Of a stretch of 64,000 nt of DNA, positions 25,502 to 33,950 are shown one piece after another (positions within the stretch are counted from its first letter, which is position 1; each line of letters starts with the position of its first letter). Source of the DNA: Gammaproteobacteria bacterium (GTDB lineage Bacteria > Pseudomonadota > Gammaproteobacteria > Steroidobacterales > Rariloculaceae). Location: positions 3,783,162 to 3,847,161 of the forward strand of contig OY761822.1 of assembly GCA_963664945.1 (NCBI GenBank), read 5' to 3'. The notes beneath the pieces are model-generated. The model made no database searches, was not told the origin of the DNA, and saw only the letters and a program-made list of their open reading frames with translations. A program made the translations under genes and the position numbers.

Positions 25502-26518
25502 ATGAGGCATGACACGCAAACCGCGCGTGGCGGGGAGGCGGCCCGGCTTCTGACGAAGGAAGACCTGGAGCGGGGCTTTCCCGGCGCCGCGGTACGCCGC
25601 ATGACGCGCCCGGAATTCGAGGCATACGAGCGCCGCATCGAGTATTGGGACGGAGACAGCGAGTTGGTCGTCGAAGTCCGGGAGCCCAACTCCGGCGCCC
25701 ACGAGACGCCGGTCGAGAGTCTTTCGGCGCTGGCGGCGTTGATTGCCGCGTTGCGAGGCGCGCCCATCCGCACCTTTGGCCATGTGACCCTGACGGTCCG
25801 CGACGCCTCCAACGCCGTGCGGCGGGCACTGGAGGCCGACCAGACCGTGTATCTGCACCCGCGCACGGCGCATATGCCGGTGTCCGGTTTTTTCAATGTC
25901 GGCGAGCATGACTTTCCGGACGTGCTCCTGGAGGTGGACCACACCACCGACGCCCGCCGGAGGAAACTCGGCCTGTACGAAGCGTGGGGCTTCCCGGAGA
26001 TCTGGATCGACGTTCCGGACATTCGCTCGCCGAGCCGGCCGCACAGCCGCCTGCCGGGGCTTTCCATCCACGTTCTTCGGGACGGCGCGTATCAACAGGT
26101 TTCGACCGGCCGCGCCTTCCCGGGCTGGAACGCGGCCGCGATCCACCGGGCGCTGAACGAACCGGAGCGCTCGCCCGAAACGGTCGCCGACCTGACGCGG
26201 GTCGCCGCCACGCTTGGCGGGCGGGAAGGGACGGGACCGGACGACGATCTGTTGTTGGGCGCGCAGAGACGTCGGGGTTTCGAAGCCGGCGAGCGGGAGG
26301 GCCGTGCCGAAGGGCGCGCCGACGGACGTGCCGAAGAACGCGCTCAGATCATCGGGACGGTGCTGGCGGAACGGGGAATCGAATCATCGCCGGCGCTGGA
26401 GACGGAACTGGCGCGACACGCCGGACTGGACCGGACGACCGTCATTCGCGCGGCCCTGGACTGCCGTGACGTCGACGATTTTCTGGAACGGCTCCGGAGC
26501 AATACCGGAATCGGTTGA
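25502..26518 (+). CDS. Uma2-like (DUF820) PD-(D/E)xK endonuclease fused to a DUF4351-like C-terminal module (paralogue 1)
   Basis: Start moved to ATG 25502, preceded by AGGGGGA. FPDVLLEVDHTTDARRRKLGLYEAWGFPEIWIDVP matches the Uma2 core pattern PDl.vEv.S..t...D...K...Y...GvpEyW.vdp. Tail: EGRAEGRADGRAEERAQIIGTVLAERGI...DCRDVDDFLERL. Confidence 0.7.
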   Translation: MRHDTQTARGGEAARLLTKEDLERGFPGAAVRRMTRPEFEAYERRIEYWDGDSELVVEVREPNSGAHETPVESLSALAALIAALRGAPIRTFGHVTLTVRDASNAVRRALEADQTVYLHPRTAHMPVSGFFNVGEHDFPDVLLEVDHTTDARRRKLGLYEAWGFPEIWIDVPDIRSPSRPHSRLPGLSIHVLRDGAYQQVSTGRAFPGWNAAAIHRALNEPERSPETVADLTRVAATLGGREGTGPDDDLLLGAQRRRGFEAGEREGRAEGRADGRAEERAQIIGTVLAERGIESSPALETELARHAGLDRTTVIRAALDCRDVDDFLERLRSNTGIG

Positions 26519-26689
26519 CACGAAGCGGCTGGAATTAATCCTCGATGCCTCGATGCCCCGATGCTCGAGCATGCCTTGTTCCCGGTGTGTTTATCGCCCC
26601 GAAAAACGCTTGATCCCGAAAGAATTTTGCCCCAGCAGACCCATTGATCCCGGAACAATCCTCAACTTGAACCACGGAAGCCACAGAAC

Positions 26690-27439
26690 ATGAAAAAATA
26701 CCTGAAATCGATCATTTCAACCTTCTTGCTGTTAGCCAGTTTTGCGTGTGTCGCGGCCCAGGCGCAGGTGAGTGTCGACGAAGCGCTCGCTTCCCCCGCG
26801 CGCTCCGGCGAAGACCGGGCCAGGGATGCCGGGCGGATGCCGGCCCAGGTGCTGGAATTCTTCGGTATCGGCGCAGGATCCCGCGTAGCGGACCTGCTGT
26901 CGGGCGGCGGTTACTACACGCGAATCCTTGCGCCGGTGGTCGGTCCCGAAGGCGCCGTCTACGCAGGGAACAATCCTTTCTTCGATCGCTTTGGGGCCGA
27001 GGCGCTGACCGCATTGCTTAGCGAACCCGGCTTCGAAAACGTGATGAGGATCGACGCCCCGGTGGACGAGATACCGCTCCCTGACGACGCCTCGCTGGAT
27101 GCCGTGATGATCGCCCTCGCCTATCACGACCTGTGGCTGACCGACGAGAACCGGGGCGAACTGAACCGGCGCGTGCTGGCGGCCCTCAAGCCGGGCGGCG
27201 TTTACGGAATCATCGACCACCACGCCGCCGAGGGGGGCGGCGCCAGCGTGGTCGAATCGTTGCACCGGATCGAGGAGAGCGTCATCGTCGAAGAAATCTC
27301 CGGGGCGGGCTTCCTGCTCGCGGCCACCGGAGACTTCCTGTCGAATACCGAAGACGATCGGTCGCTCATCGTCTTCAACCCGGACATCCGCGGCCGGACA
27401 GACCGGTTCGTGCTCAGGTTCGAGAAGCCTCAGGAATAA
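26690..27439 (+). CDS. exported class I SAM-dependent methyltransferase-like protein
   Basis: Signal peptide MKKYLKSIISTFLLLASFACVAAQAQ. Motif I-like VADLLSGGGYYTRIL. LKPGGVYGIIDH. Confidence 0.7.
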   Translation: MKKYLKSIISTFLLLASFACVAAQAQVSVDEALASPARSGEDRARDAGRMPAQVLEFFGIGAGSRVADLLSGGGYYTRILAPVVGPEGAVYAGNNPFFDRFGAEALTALLSEPGFENVMRIDAPVDEIPLPDDASLDAVMIALAYHDLWLTDENRGELNRRVLAALKPGGVYGIIDHHAAEGGGASVVESLHRIEESVIVEEISGAGFLLAATGDFLSNTEDDRSLIVFNPDIRGRTDRFVLRFEKPQE

Positions 27440-27539
27440 GCGGCCGGAGTCAGCAGGAATGCCGGCGGCTGCAATGCGTCGGCAGTTCCGGTACTGAACC
27501 CCGGAACCCCCGGGAGGAAATGGCGGCGGACGACGACCG

Positions 27540-28247
27540 TCAGTTCGTACCCGTGCGGCGGAAGTGGTAGTCGTACGGCGTTCCCGCGGAACGGGCGTTG
27601 ATCCAGATCGCCAGCATGCCCTCCAGGATGTGGGCGCCGCTCAGCGGCCCGACGTCCATGGGCTCCAATCCCATGCCTGCCACCAGTTCGGCGACGCGCG
27701 CCTTGGCCTCGGCATCGTCGCCCACCAGCGGGATGGTCACCGGCCCACCCGGATCGATCATCGTCCGGAAGTTCAGCGTGTTGAATGCCTTGACCACGGT
27801 GGCCCCGGGTGCTGCGGCCTGAATCAACTCGGCGTTGGACATCTCCATCGTGTAGCGTGTGAAACCGTCATCTCCCCGCGTCACCCGGTTCGTGGGATCG
27901 ATGATGATCTTCCCCGACAGGTCCCCAAGACTGCCTGCGACTTCCTCGGCGACAGTGCCCGGAACGGCCAGCACGACCATGTCGGCTCCGACAACCGCCT
28001 CGGTCTGGGTCATGGCCGAAGCGTTGCCCCCGGTGCGTTCGACAAGGGCGGCGACGTCTTCCCGGTCCGGCTCCCGGGAGCCGTAGACGATGTCATGGCC
28101 CTGGGCGGCGAACTCGGGCCCCAGCGCGCCCGCGACGTTGCCCGTGCCGATGATCGCAATGGTGTCGGCCACGGCGAGGCCCTGCAGGGCCCAGCCCATG
28201 ACCAGGGCGGCGAACCACACCGTAATTCTCTTGATTGACGTCATCAT
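27540..28247 (-). CDS. NADP oxidoreductase, coenzyme F420-dependent-type (NAD(P)-binding Rossmann protein)
   Basis: [29 protein letters not shown] Rossmann motif after a hydrophobic N-terminus. Size and sequence fit the NADPH-dependent F420 reductase-like family. Confidence 0.75.
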   Translation of the reverse strand: MMTSIKRITVWFAALVMGWALQGLAVADTIAIIGTGNVAGALGPEFAAQGHDIVYGSREPDREDVAALVERTGGNASAMTQTEAVVGADMVVLAVPGTVAEEVAGSLGDLSGKIIIDPTNRVTRGDDGFTRYTMEMSNAELIQAAAPGATVVKAFNTLNFRTMIDPGGPVTIPLVGDDAEAKARVAELVAGMGLEPMDVGPLSGAHILEGMLAIWINARSAGTPYDYHFRRTGTN

Positions 28248-28447
28248 GCCTGTTTCTCCTCGCTGCCTGCAGCGAATTTGGATTCCAATTCCGGGTCAAT
28301 GGTATCCCAATCCACCGATTGTTTTGTACCGGGCAGAAGGTCGGTGGATTGGGGTATCGGATGGCCCTGCCCCTTTATGGAAACCGCGTGCCGACAGGCG
28401 TATGTTTGGACTCGACAGGTTGGGCACTCCACGGGGGGCAAATCACA

Positions 28448-29911
28448 ATGGCAACCTTCACCCCCAACGCCTGGGTCAGCATCGGCGCCGATGACGTGAT
28501 CACCATCCAGTTCGGCGCCACCGAAATGGGCCAGGGTTCCATGACGTCGGTTCCGCTGGTCCTTGCGGAGGAAATGGATGTCGACTGGGAGCGCGTGCGA
28601 GTGGAAACCGTGAGTCGCCACGACCCGACCTACGGCAATCCGGTGGCGTTCGGGTACTACGGCTTTCCGATCATGTACACCGCCGGCAGCGCGGCGCTTC
28701 GCGGCTATTTCAACGCCATGCGCCAGGCCGGCGCGCAGGCCCGCAGGTTCCTTCTGGATTCCGCCGCGATGCAGTTGGGCGTACCGGTGGAAGAACTGTC
28801 AACCGAGCCCAGCCGCGTCGTCCACGCCGCCAGCGGGCGAAGCCTGAGCTATGGCGAGGTCGCGGCCACAGCACAGGTCCCCGACAGCCTGCCGGAAGTG
28901 CCGGAAAGCGAATTCAAGCCGAGGAGCGAGCACCGCCAAAAGGATGTCGAAGACGCCCTGAACCTGTCGCGAGAACTCGGCCGGCCCGTCAAGGTCATCT
29001 GGAGCCGGGAAGACGACGTGCGAGACGGCATCTTCCGACCGTTGGCCGCTCAGTATCTGGGCGCGGCACTGGATGCCGACGGGCAAATCACTGCGCTGCA
29101 GCAGCGCGTGGCAACACCGAGCGTCCTGAGCTTCATGAACGAGCCGCGCTGGGGACTCTCGGGCAACCGCGACGGCATTTCCATGAACAGCGCCCAGGTC
29201 ACCCGGTACGCCATACCCAACATCCGAGCCGAGCACGTCATGGTGGACCGATGCTCCCGGCTGGCCGCCTGGCGCGGCGTGGCGACGAGCTATACGCGGT
29301 TTGCCAACGAGTCGTTCATCGACGAGATCGCGCACACCGTGGGTGCCGACCCGCTGGAGTTTCGCCTCGATCTGACCCGGGACAACCCTGCAGGCCGATC
29401 GGTACTGGAAGAAGTGGCGCAGATGGCCGAGTGGTCGAGGCCGCGCGAAGGCACGACCCTCGGCGTGGCGCTTTCCGACTATGGCGGCGCATCCGTGGCC
29501 GCGGGCATTGCCGAGGTCTCGGTGAACGAAGCGACAGGCGCCATCACGGTTCACCGGTATTGGATGGCCATCGACGCGGGCTTCATCGTCTCGCCCCGCA
29601 ACACCGAAGCGCAAATGGAGGGCAACATCGTCTACGGTATCAGCAGCGCCCTGAAGGAACGCATCAGCGTGAACGCCGGATCCGTCGATCAGTCGAATTT
29701 CCACGACTATCCCGTCATGCGCATGAACGAGATGCCGGAACTCCACGTGCGCGCATTGCCCAGCGACGCGCCGCCCAGCGGCGTGGGCGAGCTGGGGCTG
29801 GCCACTACAGGACCCGCCATCGCCAACGCCGTGTTTGCGGCAACCGGCGTGCGGTTACGGGAGTTGCCCATGACCCCCGAGCGCGTGCTGGCGGCGTTGC
29901 GTGGGGCGTGA
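28448..29911 (+). pseudogene. remnant of an IorB-type molybdopterin-binding oxidoreductase large subunit (N-terminal and internal deletions)
   Basis: Begins directly at MATFTPNAWVSIGADDVITIQFGATEMGQGSMTS with no Tat signal. EFKPRSEHR then jumps straight to LSRELGRPVKVIWSREDDV, so about 240 aa are skipped, including the hammerhead domain and the GGGFG Moco motif. The rest is colinear to the end (FHDYPVMRMNEMP...GELGLATTGPAIANAVFAATG). It is 487 aa against an expected 730-780 aa. No 2Fe-2S or cytochrome partner genes are adjacent. Confidence 0.6.
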
Positions 29912-30142
29912 GATAGACACGCCGAATGGCGTCGAAAATTACAGTCCTTCCAAGCATCCGCGAGTTTCCTAAACCCCCGTAAACACAATGGCTTGCAGCC
30001 TGCGCGGCGTTTGAGCGCGGGAATACCGATTCCTCCAATCTTCGAACGTGGCACCGTTACCCGGCGTGTCCTGGATGTTCCCCAATGATGAGACACCTGG
30101 GCCTCGCCGGTAGGGATCCAATCGAATTGGAGGGATCGGAAC

Positions 30143-31533
30143 ATGACGAACAGAACGAAGATAACAATGGTGGGCGCACTGGCCTTCGCGCCTGCGGGCG
30201 GGCGCGAAGGCGTGCTGTGGGACAGCGCGGCACTGGGACTCGGGCTGAGAGTGCGACCAAACGGGCGCAAGACATGTATCGTGCATCGGCGTTGCAACGG
30301 CTCCGTCATCAAACGGACGCTCGGCAGGCCCGACGCGCTGACGGTGGAGGATGCACGGCACGCGGCGTGAGCGATGTTCGCCGATGCCCGAACGAACGGC
30401 GCGCCGGCGACGCTCCCGACGGTGCGGACATTCGCGCCGGCGTTACTCGCCGACTGCGCCGAACGCTGGAAGCCAGCGACGCAGCGAGCGAACGCGGACG
30501 GCGTGCGCCTGCACATACTGCCAATCTTCGGCAACCGGCGCGTCGATGCGGTCACGGCGAGGGACGTGCGCAACTGGTCCGACGATCTCTCGGCCACGCG
30601 GGCGGGAACAGCGAATCGGACGTTGACGGTATTGTCGTCGATGATGAAGCACGCGGAAGCGCTCGGACTACGGCGCGAGGACTCTAAACCGTGCAAGGGA
30701 CTGCGGCGGCGCAAGACGGGATTCAAGGCGCATTACTTGGCGTACGACGAATTCGCGGCGCTTGGCCGGGCCTTTTTGGTCGTCCGAGCTGATATTGCCC
30801 GCTTCTTCCACAAGTACGGGCACAGAAAGCCGGGCGGCGCGAATCGCAGCCATGAGATACTGCGCAACATCTTCGACTGCGCCATGGCGCGGGGCCATCG
30901 GTCTGAAGCTGCGGGGAATCCGTGCAAGGGGATCGTCCGCTACCGGCGACCGCCGCGCGGTCGCCTGCTGGGCCGGGATGATCTGGCGAAGGTCGGCGCG
31001 CGATCCTGCGTCTGCGCGAAGGAGACAAGCCGACCTGCGTCGCGGCGGTGCGCCTGCTCCTGCTGACGGGGTGCAGGCCGCGCGAGATACGCCCTCTGCG
31101 CTGGTGTGCGAGGTCAAGGCGGACCGACTCACCCTCATTGACGCCAAGACCGGACCGAGGCACGTTCTGCTCGGTTCGGCGGCGCGGGAGCTGCCGGATA
31201 GCCTCGGCGAGTCGGCTTCCGGATAGTGGGTGTTTCCGTCCAGTAGACAAGACGGCCCGTTGACCAAGAACGAAATCTACTGGTTCTGGACCACGACGCG
31301 CGACGCGGCCGGGGTCGTGGCAGATGCGCGGCTGCATGACCTGCGCCATGCGCACGCCTCGCACGCGGACATGTAATGGGGAGAATCTGCATGTCGTGGG
31401 ACGCCTGCTCGGGCATCGGCGAGCGTCCACGACGAAGCGCTATGTCCACCTCGACGACGCGACCCTGAGCCAAGCTGCTGAGCGTGTTGCCACAGCGATC
31501 CTAGGGAAACTGCTCGGGACGCGCAAGGTATGA
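30143..31533 (+). pseudogene. P4-type tyrosine integrase, multiply disrupted
   Basis: N-terminus GLGLRVRPNGRKTCIV (DUF4102-like). Lesions in order: in-frame TGA at 30368-30370; a frame change near 31000 (to VRLLLLTGCRPREIRPLRW); a frame change near 31105 (EVKADRLTLIDAKTGPRHVLL); in-frame TAG at 31224-31226; WVFPSS...ARLHDLRHAHAS then TAA at 31374-31376; a final frame change into NLHVVGRLLGHRRASTTKRYVHL. All catalytic R/H-x-x-R/H/Y blocks are recognisable but spread over 3 frames. Confidence 0.85.
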
Positions 31534-31568
31534 TACGGTCGGGTTCGGGAAAACGGGGCGACTGCACC

Positions 31569-32201
31569 ATGGCGAATTCACCGGCAGCGGAACTATCGGG
31601 TTTTTTGGGCAACGAGAAGTTTGGGACCATCCTCGCGGATCCTCCATGGCGTTTCGCAAACCGCACGGGCAAGGTCGCCCCCGAGCATCGTAGGCTGTCA
31701 CGGTATGTCACACTTTCCTTTGACGAGATAGCTGCACTGCCAGTCGCCGATCATGTCGCCGATAGGGCGCATTGCTACCTGTGGGTACCCAATGCCCTTT
31801 TGCCATGGGGCCTACATGTGCTCTGCGCATGGGGATTCGAATACAAGACGAACATTATCTGGCACAAAATCCGTAAGGATGGGGGCCCGGACGGTCGAGG
31901 AGTTGGCTTCTACTTCCGCAACGTAACCGAAGTTATCCTATTCGGAGTTCGCGGAAAGAATGTGCGTACGCTCGCCCCTGGACGCAGCCAAATTAATTTC
32001 ATTGCTAGCCGAAAGCGGGAACACTCGCGAAAACCGGATGAGCAATATCAGATCATCGAAGATTGTAGTTGGGGGCCTTACCTAGAACTGTTTGGTCGCG
32101 GTATTCGCGACAATTGGACGGTATGGGGCAATCAGGCGGACTCGGACTATCGGCCAGACTGGCCGACATACGACTACAATTCTGCGGTTGCGGCACCTTG
32201 A
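31569..32201 (+). CDS. MT-A70 family N6-adenine DNA methyltransferase
   Basis: FGTILADPPWRF (DPPW catalytic motif), CYLWVPNALL, NIIWHK, EHSRKPDEQY. Lower GC than the flanks. Start is ATG 31569 or 31530. Confidence 0.85.
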   Translation: MANSPAAELSGFLGNEKFGTILADPPWRFANRTGKVAPEHRRLSRYVTLSFDEIAALPVADHVADRAHCYLWVPNALLPWGLHVLCAWGFEYKTNIIWHKIRKDGGPDGRGVGFYFRNVTEVILFGVRGKNVRTLAPGRSQINFIASRKREHSRKPDEQYQIIEDCSWGPYLELFGRGIRDNWTVWGNQADSDYRPDWPTYDYNSAVAAP

Positions 32202-32932
32202 ATCTGACCGATCTAGAAGGCGCAGGTTTCGACGTACAAGCTGAGAACCACGCGCTGGCAGTGCTCACCAAGGACTTCCCCGAGCCGTTGGGTGAGTTGT
32301 GCGATGCTCTTATGGAAGTCCGAATCTCGGATGTCGAATTGGTCCGGGGCGGCGGTGGCGAGGCCAATTCCACGCAGCGCCTTCGGCGCTCCCTTACGGA
32401 TCGAGGCTGGTTCAAGCGCAATATCGTAATCAGGAAAATCGTTGATGGTGCGGAGCGTGCGGCAATCTCGCACGAGATAGACCATGTGCGAAGAACCGAT
32501 AACGGAGCCGTCGCATTGGAAATCGAGTGGAACAATAAAGACCCTTTCTTTGATCGTGATCTCGAGAATTTCCAGAGGCTCCACAGTGAAGGTGCGATCA
32601 GCGTCGGCGTGATTGTCACACGCGGCGAGTCTCTGCAGCGGAATCTAGTTCGCATTGTCGCGACATGCGCGCTCAATAACGGCGTACGTGGCTTTGAGGA
32701 TCTTGCGCGGTTCGGGTTGAACCCAACTCGTCGCCAGCGCGACATGGTTAAAGAAGTCGGCGAAGGCTTTGTTGGAGAATGGGCACGGCGGTTTGTGCAG
32801 GACAAGTTTGGTAGCTCGACCACACACTGGGGGAAGTTGACCGTGCGGATCAATCGGGGCGTGGGTAATCCTTGCCCTTTGCTATTGATCGGAATACCGG
32901 CGGGTTCCGTTCATCAGGCGAGACTTGAATGA
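32198..32932 (+). CDS. BamHI/BglII-fold type II restriction endonuclease (candidate)
   Basis: SHEIDHVRRTDNGAVALEIEWNNKDPFFDRDLENFQRLH...ISVGVIVTRGE is colinear with BglII GTDIDFGKRDTLVEVQFSN...VAIIITKGH and BamHI VGMEFETGNISSAHRSMNKLL...LAIILMP. The proposed TTG start at 32198 overlaps the methylase stop (TTGA). The upstream part of track ORF 32069.. lies inside the methylase gene. Confidence 0.6.
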   Translation: MNLTDLEGAGFDVQAENHALAVLTKDFPEPLGELCDALMEVRISDVELVRGGGGEANSTQRLRRSLTDRGWFKRNIVIRKIVDGAERAAISHEIDHVRRTDNGAVALEIEWNNKDPFFDRDLENFQRLHSEGAISVGVIVTRGESLQRNLVRIVATCALNNGVRGFEDLARFGLNPTRRQRDMVKEVGEGFVGEWARRFVQDKFGSSTTHWGKLTVRINRGVGNPCPLLLIGIPAGSVHQARLE

Positions 32933-32962
32933 GTAGGATCAGGCGGATTAGCCAATGTCGCC

Positions 32963-33682
32963 TTGCGGAGAAAGGAATTGACACGAACAGCGAAGCACAT
33001 CTTGGGCGAAGTGCGGGCGTTGGCTGTTGAGTATTATCAACTGACCGGAAAGCCATTGGGCGTGACTGGCGAGATTGGAGAATTCGAGGCGGCAGAAAAA
33101 ATGGGATTGGAGCTAGGAGCGGCGCGTACCGTTGGTTACGACGCTATTCGCCATGATGGCCCATACAGGCGAATCCAGATCAAGAGCCGCTGGAAACGTG
33201 ATGGCGTGAGTTGGGGTCGGGTTTCGAAAATCGACATTTCGAAGGAATTCGACAGCGTCATGTTGGTCCTGATGCACGGCGATTACGAGGTCCACGAGAT
33301 TTGGGAGGCGGGGCGGCAAGCCATAATTGACCGTCTGACGGCGTCTGGCTCGAAGTCTCGCAATGAACGGGGCCAAATGGGAGTCTCACAATTCAAGTCG
33401 ATAGCCGATAAGGTATGGCCTATGGGCAGGCGACGGATGCAGGCCCAGCCAACAAGGCAAGGATCAAAGGCGTTATGCAAGTCTAGGGGCAACAAGATCT
33501 GTCCTGAGTGTGGGCATATTTTTCAAGGGAACGGTTGGGACGGCATCAACGCTCATTGGCGATCCCAGCATGAACGCATAATGCCCTACGAAAAGGCATG
33601 GCCACTGCTTCGCTCTGGCAGCTACGAAAACAACATTACAAGCCGACGTGCTACCGAATTGATTGATGACGACCACGGGTAA
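32963..33682 (+). CDS. uncharacterised PD-(D/E)xK-like nuclease domain protein with C-terminal C2H2-type zinc finger
   Basis: GVTGEIGEFEAAEKMGLELGAARTVGYDAIRHDGPYRRIQIKSRWK forms a D...QxK core; from memory it resembles DUF6998/Mrr-cat-like proteins. The C-terminus has CPECGHIFQGNGWDGINAHWRSQH (CxxC-x14-H-x4-H). TTG start, 30 nt after the endonuclease stop. Confidence 0.5.
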   Translation: MRRKELTRTAKHILGEVRALAVEYYQLTGKPLGVTGEIGEFEAAEKMGLELGAARTVGYDAIRHDGPYRRIQIKSRWKRDGVSWGRVSKIDISKEFDSVMLVLMHGDYEVHEIWEAGRQAIIDRLTASGSKSRNERGQMGVSQFKSIADKVWPMGRRRMQAQPTRQGSKALCKSRGNKICPECGHIFQGNGWDGINAHWRSQHERIMPYEKAWPLLRSGSYENNITSRRATELIDDDHG

Positions 33683-33950
33683 GACATGGCAATATCGTGT
33701 CCTGGCGGGGACAGCGGTTGTTAGGTAGGAGGGAGTCGGGACAGGAAGTAGGACTCGCGTAAGGGGCTGAAGCCAAAGCAGTTTTTATCCTTTTTGAGGC
33801 CGATTCGGGGCCGAATGATCAGCATCGCAGAAACGTGGGGTGTGAGAGCAAAAGCCTGCAACTGCAGTCGAACAGGCGAAAACCCAAACACACCGTCTTG
33901 GGCTGGAGGCGTCGCCGTTGCGCGATTGCGATGATACATCGAATTGGAGA

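Noticed and set aside
26538-26655. Short direct repeats upstream of the exported methyltransferase (c[t/c]cgatgc x3; ttgatcccgRaa at 26610 and 26644)
   Set aside because: They are real in the sequence but short and degenerate. They are plausibly regulator half-sites, but I cannot distinguish them from chance in GC-rich DNA.
29912-30142. Search for a tRNA gene or att site directly upstream of the integrase
   Set aside because: Neither strand yields a cloverleaf. Only a short palindrome (ccaat-cga-attgg) and a 9-mer shared with the right flank were found.
30368-30370. In-frame TGA in the integrase as possible selenocysteine or read-through
   Set aside because: The gene carries further in-frame stops and at least three frame changes downstream, so pseudogenisation is the simpler explanation. 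No SECIS-like hairpin was noticed.
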